A stretch of 64,000 bases of DNA from Cyanobacteria bacterium J06623_4 (GTDB lineage: Bacteria; Cyanobacteriota; Cyanobacteriia; Phormidesmidales; Phormidesmidaceae). Location of the stretch: contig JBCBIK010000001.1 of the NCBI GenBank assembly GCA_038524545.1, positions 39,001 to 103,000 of the forward strand, in the 5' to 3' direction. The position numbers and the translations under genes were made by a program. A model generated the notes under the pieces. That model was not told where the DNA came from. It did not search any database and saw only the letters and a program-made list of their open reading frames with translations. Below, piece by piece: positions 18,619-29,397 of this stretch; position 1 is the stretch's first letter, and every line of letters starts with the position of its first letter.

Positions 18619-19134
18619 ATGCCAAGCCAACCAAAACGTTTTCTCTCAGTTGCTTTCAGCAGGCGCTTGAGCCTGTCAGCTCTTCGTATTCTCTCAGTAC
18701 CTTTTCTCATTGGTCTGGTCAGCTGTCAAAAAGCCATTGCCCCCAGCGCCGAAGTCGCCCCCTCACCCACCGTCCTCAATACGGCTGAAGTGTATAGCCC
18801 CAATGAGCTAACCATTATTTCGCCTAAGAATACGCTCCCCGGCAACAGCACCCTCATCCAGGTCGCTGAGAACTCGACCGATGTTATCCAAGTCAGAGCG
18901 CAAGATACGCCGGGCAGCAAGCTCATTTACCGTCTGCAAGATGGCGAAGATATGGACAAATTTATCATTGACAAGGAGACAGGCGACCTTACCTTCAAAG
19001 AAGTGCCAGACTGGGAGCAGCCCGGCGATGCTAACCAAGACAACAACTACATGCTGCTGTGGCAAGTGGTGAGCTCAAGCGGTGGTGCCCGTAGTCAATT
19101 TATGATTGTCAAAGTCACAGACCTCCCTGACTAG
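18619..19134 (+). CDS. Hypothetical lipoprotein (possible cadherin-like beta-sandwich, weak)
   Basis: Signal peptide with lipobox LVSC. The C-terminal part (DKFIIDKETGDLTFKEVPDWEQP...YMLLWQV) loosely resembles a cadherin-like repeat. Confidence 0.55.
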   Translation: MPSQPKRFLSVAFSRRLSLSALRILSVPFLIGLVSCQKAIAPSAEVAPSPTVLNTAEVYSPNELTIISPKNTLPGNSTLIQVAENSTDVIQVRAQDTPGSKLIYRLQDGEDMDKFIIDKETGDLTFKEVPDWEQPGDANQDNNYMLLWQVVSSSGGARSQFMIVKVTDLPD

Positions 19135-19221
19135 CTATCTGCCAGACAGCAACCATATCAAATATGGTGAGTTGGCAGAGCAATTAGGCATAATGAGCGT
19201 ATATCCAGCCGTAGGAAGTGA

Positions 19222-19998
19222 ATGAGTCGTCGCATATTCATAGGAGATGTCCATGGCCATTACAACGGACTCATGCGACTGGTCACTATGATTGCACCGA
19301 CGCAGTCAGACACCTTGCACTTCGTCGGCGACCTCATCGATAGAGGACCCCGCAGTGCCCAAGTTGTTGAATTTGTAAAAACGCACAACTACCCCTGCGT
19401 ACTAGGCAATCACGAGCATCTATTGCTCAACGCCTTTCCAGATGACAACTCCAACATTGCCGCTTTTCAGGGATGGCTTAATAGCGGCGGGCAGCCCACG
19501 CTGACCAGCTATCCCAGCACCGAAGCGCTGTTAGAGCATGTCGCGTGGCTGAGAACCCTTCCTCTCTATCTTGACCTAGGCGATATCTTGCTGGTTCACG
19601 CCGGGCTCCATCCCGATAAAGCGCTAGAGTCGCAAGATCAGATGGACTTCTGCTGGATTCGAGACGTTTTCCATAGCCACCCAGCACCTTACTTCGAAGA
19701 TAAGCAGGTGATCACTGGCCATACCATCACCTTTACTCTGCCCGGCGTTGCTCCTGGCCAGATCGCTCAGGGTCCTGGCTGGCTAGATATTGACACGGGT
19801 GGCTACCACCCCAAGAGCGGCTGGCTCACCGCCATAGATATTGACCATGGATTGGTGTATCAAACCAATACACATACCCGAGAGAGGCGAATGACCTCCC
19901 TGGAGAGCGTGGTGGCAACTGTAGAGCCAAGCGCAGTCAAACAGAGGCGTAGTCGAAAAAAGCAGACAGCGGTGAGCAACCAGGCAAGCCGGGCTTAG
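19222..19998 (+). CDS. Metallophosphoesterase (Ser/Thr phosphatase / ApaH-like)
   Basis: [14 protein letters not shown] and GNHE motifs. Confidence 0.85.
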   Translation: MSRRIFIGDVHGHYNGLMRLVTMIAPTQSDTLHFVGDLIDRGPRSAQVVEFVKTHNYPCVLGNHEHLLLNAFPDDNSNIAAFQGWLNSGGQPTLTSYPSTEALLEHVAWLRTLPLYLDLGDILLVHAGLHPDKALESQDQMDFCWIRDVFHSHPAPYFEDKQVITGHTITFTLPGVAPGQIAQGPGWLDIDTGGYHPKSGWLTAIDIDHGLVYQTNTHTRERRMTSLESVVATVEPSAVKQRRSRKKQTAVSNQASRA

Positions 19999-20519
19999 GC
20001 TAAGACCGTCTGACCAGACAGGTAGTCTTGCAGCTGCTGAGTATGGTCGTGGGAGAGCCTCTCTTGTGGCAGGTCGCTAGTCAAAAAAGCTTGTACTGCT
20101 AACACTTCGTCTGGGTCATAAATTTGCAGCTCCCCTTCGGCCTTTGCTTCTAGTGCGATGCAGATAGAGTGAAAACGGGGGTCTCGGGTGGGCGAGGAAT
20201 ATACGCCCACCAATCGGCCTACCGAAACGAGGGTTAATCCGGTTTCTTCGGCTAGCTCGCGCGTAGCTGCCGTTGCCAAATCTTCCCCCCAGTCAACAAT
20301 GCCACCGGGCAAACTCCACAGCCCATTATCTCGCCGACGAATCAGCACAATTCGGCCATCTGGCAGCACCGGAATCACACTCGTGCCGATAATTGGCCGC
20401 TGCAAAAGCAGGCCCAGCAGCGTGCGCACGGGGCGAAAGCCGCGGCGGAGTGAGTCGTTTAACATTTTTGAGATGTTTGCCATGCGTAGGCCCTGTCTTG
20501 TCTGTTGACTATTCAGCAC
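19995..20519 (-). CDS. NUDIX hydrolase
   Basis: Nudix box [24 protein letters not shown]. The start may be the internal ATG at 20483. Confidence 0.85.
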   Translation of the reverse strand: MLNSQQTRQGLRMANISKMLNDSLRRGFRPVRTLLGLLLQRPIIGTSVIPVLPDGRIVLIRRRDNGLWSLPGGIVDWGEDLATAATRELAEETGLTLVSVGRLVGVYSSPTRDPRFHSICIALEAKAEGELQIYDPDEVLAVQAFLTSDLPQERLSHDHTQQLQDYLSGQTVLA

Positions 20520-20985
20520 CCACTAGCTCATTGACGTCGGCGACCACCTCAGCGACGTGAGGCTCTGGCCTGACCTTACGATAAATTTTTTCAAGCGTCC
20601 CCTCTGGACCAATGATAAAAGAGCTACGGGTAATGCCCATATATTCTTTGCCGTACATTTTTTTTAACCCGTAGCATTCGTAGCGGGTGCCGACTTCGCC
20701 GTCTTCATCTACCAAGAGGGGAAAGGGTAAATTGTGCTTTGCTGCAAACTTTGCATGGGATTTGGCGCTATCTGTGCTGACGCCGAAGACGGCCACGTTC
20801 TGCGCCTGTAGCTCGCTGTAGGCCTCGCGGAAGGCGCAGGCTTCTTTGGTGCAGCCGGGTGTATTGTCACGCGGGTAAAAGAACAGCACTACACGCTGTC
20901 CTTTGAGCGACGATAGGCTTACGGTATTACCATCAGCATCTGGCATTGAAAAGTCTGGTGCGGCATCTCCGGGCGCAAGGGTCAT
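20509..20985 (-). CDS. bcp: Peroxiredoxin (Bcp/PrxQ type)
   Basis: [16 protein letters not shown] active-site motif. 158 aa. Confidence 0.92.
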   Translation of the reverse strand: MTLAPGDAAPDFSMPDADGNTVSLSSLKGQRVVLFFYPRDNTPGCTKEACAFREAYSELQAQNVAVFGVSTDSAKSHAKFAAKHNLPFPLLVDEDGEVGTRYECYGLKKMYGKEYMGITRSSFIIGPEGTLEKIYRKVRPEPHVAEVVADVNELVGAE

Positions 20986-21282
20986 GGCTGTAGGGTTTTT
21001 TGGGGTAGGAAAAGCTATCGGTTGAAAACTGAAATGGTAAAAAGCCAGACTTAGATAAAGTAGTAGACAGATTGGTGATGGACTAGTACTGACTCAACCT
21101 AGATTCAAGTTAAAACCATCGTTAAGGAATTGTATACCGGCAGGTCAGCAAACCGAGAAATACATTACTCCTTAGGATCGCAAGGATCGCAACTAGAAAG
21201 AATGAGTCTAGGCTGATAGAGGAGCCTTTCAGATTTCGTAAGATTCCATATGTAGAATGTCAGACTACTATTTATACAAAAG

Positions 21283-22104
21283 TTGACTTGTACAGTTGAT
21301 TCTCTACACCTCATGGATATCCCTCCGCGACCGTCATTTCATCAACTCCAGCTTTCAAGAAAATACGATGGCTTCAGCGCAATAGAAAGAAGATGCATGC
21401 CCCATCATGGCCAAAGCAATAGCCAGAGCAATAGCCAAAGTGATGGCCTAGGCAGCGGCCAAGGCAATAAAAAGAGCATTCGAACAGCCACAGCGATGAT
21501 TGCCATTGTGGCTTTGGCGGGCTGCCACAGTGGCACGCGTCCCGAAGCATCGGTGTCAGCAAACGACAAACCGGCTACCGACCACTCAGCAACATCGCCT
21601 ACCAAGCCTCAATCTGTCGTCTCTGATTCGACCACAGCGCCACAGCCGGAAACCTTATTAGAAGGGAAATCTGAAAACACCGACCGTCGTGATACGACGC
21701 TCCCAAGTATGAGCGCCTATACCCTTCAAAAGACGCAGGGTAGTCAGACGACTGGCCTGCAGGAGGCTCCTCTGGCGGCTGCACCCGCAGAGACTGAACA
21801 GTACTGCTTTCGAAAATCTACGGAAAACAGCTGGCTCAGTATTCGCTTAGAACTTGCCGCCGACCAGAAACTTTTTGGGGAGAGTGTTGGCACTATTAGC
21901 CATCCGCAGAAGGGAGAGATGCGCTATCAGCAGACGTTTGTGGGTAAGTTGGCAGATACTCAGGCCTTGGTAGATGTAACTACTTATATTGCGGGTCTGA
22001 CAGACCAGCAAGAGGAGTCCTGGCAACTGGACAGCCAGCAGCTAGATATGGGCCGGGTTGTGCTGAGCGGGGTTCCCTGTATGGATGTGGTTGCCGACTT
22101 TTAG
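21283..22104 (+). CDS. Hypothetical lipoprotein
   Basis: Lipobox ALAGC after a hydrophobic stretch, with an SNSQSNSQS low-complexity segment. The start is uncertain; the track uses a non-ATG start. Confidence 0.5.
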   Translation: MTCTVDSLHLMDIPPRPSFHQLQLSRKYDGFSAIERRCMPHHGQSNSQSNSQSDGLGSGQGNKKSIRTATAMIAIVALAGCHSGTRPEASVSANDKPATDHSATSPTKPQSVVSDSTTAPQPETLLEGKSENTDRRDTTLPSMSAYTLQKTQGSQTTGLQEAPLAAAPAETEQYCFRKSTENSWLSIRLELAADQKLFGESVGTISHPQKGEMRYQQTFVGKLADTQALVDVTTYIAGLTDQQEESWQLDSQQLDMGRVVLSGVPCMDVVADF

Positions 22105-22237
22105 GGCAGTCGTGTGTGTGTAGCACGGGGTTGGGGTGAAAGTGCTTTCTGTGCGATCGCCCACATCAGCCAAGCAATAGGAAACTACGGTTTGACGGGA
22201 ATAGTAGAGGAAAAGACAGCCTCTACCGAGAATTGCC

Positions 22238-24787
22238 GTGAAAATCAGCCTACCGCCGAGTATTAGGACCGTCTTTCCCGTCGTGCTCAATGCGGCCTTC
22301 TCACTGATGGTGTTTGTTGCCGCGCCCAATCAGGCCAGCGCGCAAATTATTACTGACGAGAGCGTGAATACGCAATACGCCGGGGGTGCGGTGACTGGAG
22401 GGCTATTGACTTCTCAAGACGGTCAGCAAAACCTCTTTCACAGCTTTGCGGCCTTTTCGCTGACGCCTGCTGATACGGTTACTTTCCTGGCAACCCCTTC
22501 CATCCAAAACATCATTACTCGGATCACGGGCGATCGCCCGTCAGATATTAACGGCACTCTACAGGTCGCCAATAGTGAGGCCAATTTCTTTTTGATCAAT
22601 CCGGCTGGCATCACCTTTGGTCCCGACGCGCAAACGCAGCTGCTCGGTTCTTTCATGGCCTCTACGGCAGAGTCACTGACTTTTCGCAATGGCAGCGTGT
22701 TTAGCGCGGCTAACTTGGCACAGCCGTCGCTTTTGACTATCAGTGCACCGGTTGGCTTACAGATGGGAGCGTCGCCAAGTGCGATCGCTGTTCACAACAC
22801 CGGCTACAACTTTACTCGCAACAATCCATTTGAAGCGAGCAGTAGTGACTTGTCACCCACGCTGCAAGTCGGCGATACCATCGGCTTGCAGGTTGCTCCT
22901 GGCAAGACGCTGGCGCTGATTGGCTCAGGGCTTCAGTTTGATGGGGGCGTGGTCACAGCCAACAGCGGCAATATCGAACTCGGGAGTCTCGGCGCGGGGA
23001 GCGACATCACGTTGATACCAACCCCAGTTGGGTTCACAGCCGACTATTCTCAGGTCAATCAATTTGAAGACATTCACCTAGCCAATCGCTCAGCAGCCAA
23101 TGTCAGTGGCTTTCCAGTTCAGATTCATCCTAGTTCTCCGGTGCAGATTTCAGCGACAGAGCAAGGCACGTTACAGCTTGTAGGAGACGATATTCACCTC
23201 ACAGAAGCGTCTCTCCTACTCGGACAAAATGGGCCAGCAGCCACTTTCCCAGGCGGGGATATACGTATTCAAGCGACCGGTACGCTGAGTTTGCAAGGTA
23301 GCCAGGTAGACGAGCAAATTCGTGGCGGTATCTTCAGCGGCACGCTAGGAAACACAGACAGCGGTGCTGTTTTTGTAACGGCTGAGAATATTGATATTAC
23401 CGAAGGTGCGGGCATCATCGCGGCAACCTACACCGATGCGGCCAGTGGCATGATCGAACTGACCGTCGGAGACCAGCTGAGAATTCATGGTGCGAGTCCT
23501 GACAATGCCTTTCTCAGCAGCGTTGTGGGCGAAACGGTTGTCGGTGGTACCGGACAATCGGGCGACATTGTGGTGTATGCGCCAACTGTCTTACTCGAAG
23601 AGGGTGGCGGCATTAACTCAATTAACTTTTCCCAAGGTAATTCGGGAGACATACGGGTAATCGCTGACGACATAACGCTGCGGGGACGCATTGAGGCTAG
23701 CGACATTCCCAGTGCCATTTCGGCTTCTAATTTGGGGGCAGGGGGCGCTGGTGTGTTAGATATTCAGACCCGCCGCCTCAGCGTTAGTGAAGAGGCTATT
23801 GTCGCCGCATCTTCTATCTCTAGTGGCGATGCAGGCAGTATTCGCATTACCGCTAGTGAGCAAATTGACTTAGCCCTCCATTCAGAAAACAGTAGGGATA
23901 GTATAAATTCATCGGTTCTACGACCTTCGCTGGTAGAGCAGCATCTGTTAGGTGTTCCAGACGTTGAGCCGACAGGTGATGCCGGCAACATTTTCATCCA
24001 AACCCCGATACTCAACATTGAAGGGCAAACGGGCATTACCGTACAAAATAGCGGAACTGGAAACGGCGGGCAGATAGAGATACAGGCCAATCAGCTGTTT
24101 ATGCGCGATGGCGGGCAGCTTCAAGCCTTCACCGTCAGCGGGGAAGGGGGCGATATCAATCTGCAGCTGACGGATTCACTCATCCTGAGAGGCGGCAGTC
24201 TGCTGAATGTGGAGTCGAAGGGCACAGAAGACGGGGGCAATATCGACATCACAACTCCGCTGCTGATTGCTCTGGAAAATAGCGATATTGTTGCCAACGC
24301 TGTTCAGGGGCGGGGTGGCAATATCGACATCACGAGTCAAAGCGTTTTGGGAACGGCTTTTCGCGATCGCCTCACGCCAGAAAGCGACATCACAGCCAGC
24401 TCAGAATTTGGCATCAACGGCACCGTGGAGATTGACACGCCCCAGGTAGACCCTAGCTCTGGTGCGATCGCACTTCCCACCACCGTCGTTGATCCCGACC
24501 AGCAAGTCGCAGCCGGTTGCGCGGAGACGGAGGGTAGTCAGTTCATCGCCTCTGGTCGTGGCGGGCTGCCGCTAGACCCCCGCGAAACGCTCGCCGCTCC
24601 TACGCTTTGGCAAGACGTCCGACCGGTGGGCACAGCAGGGACAACTGCGGAGAGTAGGCCAGCCACAAGCGCAGAAATTTACCTACGGGAAGCCACCGGC
24701 TGGGCTCGTACGCTGAGCGGAGATGTGCAGCTGTTAGAGGGACAGCAGTCCACTCAGATGTCTGTCGCCTGCTTGAGTGCTAGTTGA
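22238..24787 (+). CDS. Two-partner-secretion exoprotein (filamentous haemagglutinin N-terminal TPS domain, beta-helix repeats)
   Basis: Signal peptide, then NLFHSFAAFSL and FFLINPAGITFG (NPNGI-like), which are TPS domain motifs. A long Gly/Ser/Asp-rich repetitive body follows. GTG start. Confidence 0.85.
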   Translation: MKISLPPSIRTVFPVVLNAAFSLMVFVAAPNQASAQIITDESVNTQYAGGAVTGGLLTSQDGQQNLFHSFAAFSLTPADTVTFLATPSIQNIITRITGDRPSDINGTLQVANSEANFFLINPAGITFGPDAQTQLLGSFMASTAESLTFRNGSVFSAANLAQPSLLTISAPVGLQMGASPSAIAVHNTGYNFTRNNPFEASSSDLSPTLQVGDTIGLQVAPGKTLALIGSGLQFDGGVVTANSGNIELGSLGAGSDITLIPTPVGFTADYSQVNQFEDIHLANRSAANVSGFPVQIHPSSPVQISATEQGTLQLVGDDIHLTEASLLLGQNGPAATFPGGDIRIQATGTLSLQGSQVDEQIRGGIFSGTLGNTDSGAVFVTAENIDITEGAGIIAATYTDAASGMIELTVGDQLRIHGASPDNAFLSSVVGETVVGGTGQSGDIVVYAPTVLLEEGGGINSINFSQGNSGDIRVIADDITLRGRIEASDIPSAISASNLGAGGAGVLDIQTRRLSVSEEAIVAASSISSGDAGSIRITASEQIDLALHSENSRDSINSSVLRPSLVEQHLLGVPDVEPTGDAGNIFIQTPILNIEGQTGITVQNSGTGNGGQIEIQANQLFMRDGGQLQAFTVSGEGGDINLQLTDSLILRGGSLLNVESKGTEDGGNIDITTPLLIALENSDIVANAVQGRGGNIDITSQSVLGTAFRDRLTPESDITASSEFGINGTVEIDTPQVDPSSGAIALPTTVVDPDQQVAAGCAETEGSQFIASGRGGLPLDPRETLAAPTLWQDVRPVGTAGTTAESRPATSAEIYLREATGWARTLSGDVQLLEGQQSTQMSVACLSAS

Positions 24788-24837
24788 GGGCTAATTGAGG
24801 GGTAATGTTAGCGCTTTGTCACAGCTGCACCAGCAGC

Positions 24838-25671
24838 CTACACAATGACGCTAACCAAAGGTTCAAACGTCGACACCAAATCGGGCCGGGTCACCAGCGA
24901 AGGAAAGGGGGTGCTGCTGTAATCTTTACCGACGGTCAGCGGGAAGCCCTCTGTTTTGCCCAGTAGCGTCCAACCTGCGCCAGCCGCCTGGGTAATGGCC
25001 CACACTGCGGCAATATCCCAAATTTTCGGCGTCGCTTCTACCGCGCCTAGGCTCACTCCCGACGCCACCGTCAAAATATTGTAAGTGGCGACGCCTAGCA
25101 TGCGAATCTTGCAGGGAAAGGGCTTGTGCAGAACTTTGATGCTGCGCGCACAGAGGCTAAAGAGGTGGGAGCCCGACGGTGCGTCTGTGGCGACCTGAAT
25201 GCGATCGCCATTGACAAACGCTCCGGTGGGCATCGCCAGACCAGAGTCACCTGGCCAAAATCCATGAAAGTGCTGGTTTACCGGTGGAACGAAGACATGA
25301 CCAAAAACGGGCGTTCCCCGATACAGCAGTCCCAAAGAAATGCCCCATAGCGGCACGCCTCGGGTAAAGTTTGTCGTGCCATCTATCGGGTCGATCACCC
25401 AGCACCAGTCGGTATCTGGAAAGATGTGCTCGGCTTCTTCGCTGAGGAGGCCATGGTCGGGAAAGGCGGTTGAGAGGCGATCGCGCAGTTCAGCGTCGGC
25501 CCACTTGTCGTATTTGGTGACTAGGCTACCGTCTGATTTTTCTTCAGCGGTTGCACTGCCAAAGGCGTTCATTAGCTCTGCGCCGACCCCTTGGGTCACC
25601 TGCTGGGCAAACGCTGTGATTTTCTCCCAAAAGTCGGCTGTCTCTGCCGTCATTGATTCAGTTGTGATCAT
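24838..25671 (-). CDS. Inositol monophosphatase family protein
   Basis: WVIDPIDGTTNF and WDIAA motifs. Confidence 0.88.
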   Translation of the reverse strand: MITTESMTAETADFWEKITAFAQQVTQGVGAELMNAFGSATAEEKSDGSLVTKYDKWADAELRDRLSTAFPDHGLLSEEAEHIFPDTDWCWVIDPIDGTTNFTRGVPLWGISLGLLYRGTPVFGHVFVPPVNQHFHGFWPGDSGLAMPTGAFVNGDRIQVATDAPSGSHLFSLCARSIKVLHKPFPCKIRMLGVATYNILTVASGVSLGAVEATPKIWDIAAVWAITQAAGAGWTLLGKTEGFPLTVGKDYSSTPFPSLVTRPDLVSTFEPLVSVIV

Positions 25672-25698
25672 GTGGTCTTGTCCCTATTACAGACAGCG

Positions 25699-27144
25699 CT
25701 AGTCTAATTCACTCTCTAACGCCGCGCTGATTGCCTGCTTGGCATCTAGCTGAAACTCTTGAATATTTACCCGGCTCACCAGGGCGATCGCCGCCAGCAT
25801 GCCTAACGCCTGCACAAAGAAAACCAGTCCATAGGCAGGCACCAGCTGGGCCAGCGTTTCACCACCTACAACCGACTTACCCAATGAGAGCAGGCCGCCG
25901 CCGACCACCGAGGCAATCCCTTGGGCGACCGCCTGTGCTAGGCCCCAAGCGCCAATAAACGTACCCGCTGTTTCTGCCGCCGTCAAATCTATCATCAGTA
26001 CCGTAGAGCCGGTCGTGAGCACACCCGCTGCCAGGCCAAACAAGCCCACTCCGGCCTGCAGCGCCCAGGGCTCACCCACATAGCCCGCCCCGATCAACAG
26101 CAGCAAAAAGACAGCTGCCGCCAAGCAGCCCACCTTCACCGTGCGCTTTTTGCCCAGTAGCGGCATCAGCACAAAGCCCGTGGAGAGGATGCCAATCAGG
26201 GTGCCAATGCCAAAAAACGCGTTTAGCCCCGTTGTCGCCTTAATCGACATGCCAAACACTTCCTTGCCATAGGGCTCTAGCACCGCATTTTGAATAAACA
26301 GGCTGAGAATGAGCACCAGCAAAAAGCTAAAGAACAGGCTCGTTTGCCGACTCGCGGTGAGCACCTTTAGCGCCTGCGAGAGGGTGATGCTGTCTTCTCG
26401 GTTGCTGGCTTGCGATCGCTGCGATCGCCGCGAATATCGCTTCTCAATACCCGCCGTACTCAAGATCGTAATCAAACACACAATGGCGGGTGCAATGATA
26501 AACAGCCGGTTAATCGGACCGCGCAGCGCCTCAATGGTGTTTGTTTCACCCAGGGAGCCAGTCACTTGAGCCACAATAATCACGCCCACCACAATCCCCA
26601 CCATCAGCATGGACCAGCCGATGCCTACAATCTTGGACTTGGTGCTCTCATCTGATACATCGACCAGCAGCGCCACAAAAGGCGTCGTCGCCGACAGCGC
26701 TAGCCCGTATACGGCAAACATTACCGCCATGAGCGCTACCCACGGGTAGGCACCTACACCCCAGCCAAAGGTGGCAATGTGCTCACCCAACTGCCACATC
26801 ACCTGCACCACCAAGAAACCCGAAATCGCCATCCCGACGATCCCTAGCCAGATGTAGCCCGTTCGGTGATGGCCTAGCAGCGGCGTTGTGTCTGAGCGCT
26901 GGCCAAACCACACCCGCGCAGGCGCCATGAATTGGTAGACCGAAATCGCCCCTGCTGTCACCAGCGCAGGCACCTTCAAGTCGGCAATCATCACCCGATT
27001 TAGCACGCCTAGGAGCAACAGAGACATAATGCTCAGCCCCATGTTAAAAGTCCCTAGCCGAACCATCGTCAGCAGACCAATTGGCGGCACCGACTCAACG
27101 ACTTCAGAGGATGCCGACACCCCAGACATCTCACCACCCGTCAT
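25699..27144 (-). CDS. MFS transporter, PucC/BCD family-like
   Basis: 481 aa with about 12 hydrophobic segments. The N-terminal LGTFNMGLSIMSLLLLGVLNRVMI resembles the PucC/BCD family. Confidence 0.75.
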   Translation of the reverse strand: MTGGEMSGVSASSEVVESVPPIGLLTMVRLGTFNMGLSIMSLLLLGVLNRVMIADLKVPALVTAGAISVYQFMAPARVWFGQRSDTTPLLGHHRTGYIWLGIVGMAISGFLVVQVMWQLGEHIATFGWGVGAYPWVALMAVMFAVYGLALSATTPFVALLVDVSDESTKSKIVGIGWSMLMVGIVVGVIIVAQVTGSLGETNTIEALRGPINRLFIIAPAIVCLITILSTAGIEKRYSRRSQRSQASNREDSITLSQALKVLTASRQTSLFFSFLLVLILSLFIQNAVLEPYGKEVFGMSIKATTGLNAFFGIGTLIGILSTGFVLMPLLGKKRTVKVGCLAAAVFLLLLIGAGYVGEPWALQAGVGLFGLAAGVLTTGSTVLMIDLTAAETAGTFIGAWGLAQAVAQGIASVVGGGLLSLGKSVVGGETLAQLVPAYGLVFFVQALGMLAAIALVSRVNIQEFQLDAKQAISAALESELD

Positions 27145-27229
27145 GGCTAACCCTCAACCCTTTGTTACAACTTCACTTCCTAACAGCATAGGAGATTCTA
27201 GAGACGGGCCTGTAAAAAATCTGCCACGC

Positions 27230-27261
27230 AAAAAAACGGGCAATCACACTGTGATTGCCCG
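27230..27261 (-). terminator. Rho-independent terminator downstream of the Hsp20 gene
   Basis: On the minus strand: CGGGCAATCAC-AGT-GTGATTGCCCG (11-bp perfect stem, 3-nt loop) followed by TTTTTTT. It lies about 155 nt after the hsp stop and before the MFS gene start. Confidence 0.55.
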
Positions 27262-27416
27262 CAGAGGTGTACCTAAAGTTGTCTTCTCAATCAGCTGCCA
27301 AGCGGTCAGCGCTGTCTAGAAAAGAGAGACTTGACCGTTGGCCAGCCGTCTCCAAAAAGCTGGCCGAACGGAAGGATGCGATCTCTGGCAATTAGCCAGC
27401 AATCATTTGACGATGA

Positions 27417-27926
27417 CTACGCCTGAGCAGCTTCTGTAGTAGCGGTGTCTGCAGAACCATTCTCTGTAGCGTCAGCGATCGCAGGCTTCGCACCTGCCAC
27501 GTTGACTTTTACTACACGGTTGCGAACATCTTCTGCTTTGGGTAGATGCAGGGCCAAAACACCTGCTTCGTAGTTGGCAGTCACGGACTTGGGCTCGATG
27601 CCTACTGGCAGAGACACCACGCGACGGAAAGCACCGTAGCGGAACTCATTGCGACGTAGCGTTTCACCTTCGGCTAGCTTGGGAGCAGGGCGAGTACCCG
27701 ATACGGCTACCACTTCACGGCTAGCTTGGATATCAATATCATCGACATTGATACCAGGTAGCTGCACGTGCAGGGTTAGCGCATCTTCACTTTCAACCAA
27801 GGTTGCCGCAGGCGTCCAGGTTGTGGGTGTCGTCTCGATGCCAGCAAAGTCATCAAAGAGCTGATCGAGCTGTTGCTTAACAGCGTTAATTTCAGAAAAA
27901 GGTTGCCAATAGCGACGAACAATCAT
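27417..27926 (-). CDS. Hsp20/alpha-crystallin small heat-shock protein
   Basis: The alpha-crystallin core (LTLHVQLPGINVDDIDIQASREVVAVSG...FRYGAFRRVVSLP...NYEAGVLALHLPK) is recognisable. The ATG at 27926 (MIVRRYWQPF) is preferred over the track start 27995. Confidence 0.88.
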   Translation of the reverse strand: MIVRRYWQPFSEINAVKQQLDQLFDDFAGIETTPTTWTPAATLVESEDALTLHVQLPGINVDDIDIQASREVVAVSGTRPAPKLAEGETLRRNEFRYGAFRRVVSLPVGIEPKSVTANYEAGVLALHLPKAEDVRNRVVKVNVAGAKPAIADATENGSADTATTEAAQA

Positions 27927-28089
27927 GTTTGTGTATCTCCGAATTGCGATGTATTTATGATGGCAATCGGGGGATGCGATCGCGTAGTGCCGCAAACCCT
28001 ACCCACTGGTAGAGGTAGCCGATATTCGGTCAGGGTTCGGCAAATACTCTACTCAGCAGCGATAATGGGCACTAGCTATCCCTCTCTGT

Positions 28090-28890
28090 ATGGCCAAAAC
28101 AGTCCTCATCACCGGTGCTTCGAGCGGAATCGGTCGCGCCTTTGCCCAAGTCTTTGCGCAGCACCACTACACCCTCATTTTGGTGGCTCGCAGCCAAGAT
28201 AAACTCTCAGACCTGCAGCAAACGCTCTCCGCTCAGCACGGCATCACCGTCCTCGCGATTCCTCAAGACCTCACCGAACCCAACGCGGCCCAACAGATTT
28301 TTGACCAGGTGGAGCAGCAGGGGCTCATCGTCGATGTGCTGATTAACAATGCAGGCATCGGCGACTATGGCAAGTTCGCAGCGGGTGACTGGGAAAAGCT
28401 TCAGTGCATGATCTTATTGAATGTGCTGGCGCTGACCCATCTGAGTCACCTGTATTTACCGGGGATGCTTGCCCGCGGTCAGGGGAAGATTCTGAATGTG
28501 GCCTCTACTGCCGCCTTTCAGCCCGGACCGATGATGGCCGTGTACTTTGCAACGAAGGCCTATGTGCTGTCTTTGAGTGAAGCGATCGCAGCTGAAATCG
28601 CAGGCACCGGGGTCACCGTCACCGTCTTGTGCCCAGGCCCCACCCAGTCCAACTTTGCTGAGACTGCGAATATGGGACAGATAGCCGCGATGGAAAACGT
28701 CTCTGCAGACAACTTCCCGACGGCGCTAACCGTGGCGAACTATGGCTATCGCGTGCTGGAGAAAGGGAAAGTCGTCGCTGTCCACGGCCTGCTCAACAAG
28801 CTACTGGCCTTTTCACCACGTATCACACCCCGTAGTCTCATTCGCAACGGCATCATGAAGTTCATGTCTGCTAGCAAGGCAGATGGCTAG
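28090..28890 (+). CDS. SDR family oxidoreductase (classical, intact motifs)
   Basis: TGASSGIG, NNAG and YFATKAY (YxxxK) motifs. Confidence 0.9.
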   Translation: MAKTVLITGASSGIGRAFAQVFAQHHYTLILVARSQDKLSDLQQTLSAQHGITVLAIPQDLTEPNAAQQIFDQVEQQGLIVDVLINNAGIGDYGKFAAGDWEKLQCMILLNVLALTHLSHLYLPGMLARGQGKILNVASTAAFQPGPMMAVYFATKAYVLSLSEAIAAEIAGTGVTVTVLCPGPTQSNFAETANMGQIAAMENVSADNFPTALTVANYGYRVLEKGKVVAVHGLLNKLLAFSPRITPRSLIRNGIMKFMSASKADG

Positions 28891-28930
28891 GTGTCTTGAC
28901 GGTAATTTGGTGCGCAGAAGGGGCCAGTGG

Positions 28931-29269
28931 CTAACGCTTTAGAGGTCTTACTTTGAAGGAGATAGAGTCCTTGTCGGCAAACTTATCTGTACTCTTCTCA
29001 GCGCGCTTCTCGGGCGCAGCAGCAGGCGTCGCATCAGCCTCGGGCGCGATTGAATCATGCTGAGCGTCAGCAACTTGCCCGGCCTTCAGCTGCCCGGCAT
29101 TACTCAGCACCGCTAGCCCCATGCCGCCTAGCACCAGCCACACACCGCCCGGCTCCCAGCTAGCGAGCCCAGCAAACCACTGAAACAGCTCCACCGCAGC
29201 AAAGATTAATACAAAAGCGGCCAGCCAAAATCTCATGACGCCCCATTCCATCGCGTTGCGCATCAGCAT
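28931..29269 (-). CDS. Hypothetical small membrane protein
   Basis: Two hydrophobic helices (FWLAAFVLIFAAVELF, VWLVLGGMGLAVL). No motif recognised. Confidence 0.45.
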   Translation of the reverse strand: MLMRNAMEWGVMRFWLAAFVLIFAAVELFQWFAGLASWEPGGVWLVLGGMGLAVLSNAGQLKAGQVADAQHDSIAPEADATPAAAPEKRAEKSTDKFADKDSISFKVRPLKR

Positions 29270-29397
29270 ACCCGGTTAGCCTGCTTTTTCGCTAGAACGT
29301 ATACAAGCGTCTTTTACAGGCTGACTGAATGTGGGTGTCTTATAAATAAAGGAAAAAATGGCGCTAGAGTAATAGATAAGAATCATTAGAAATACAG

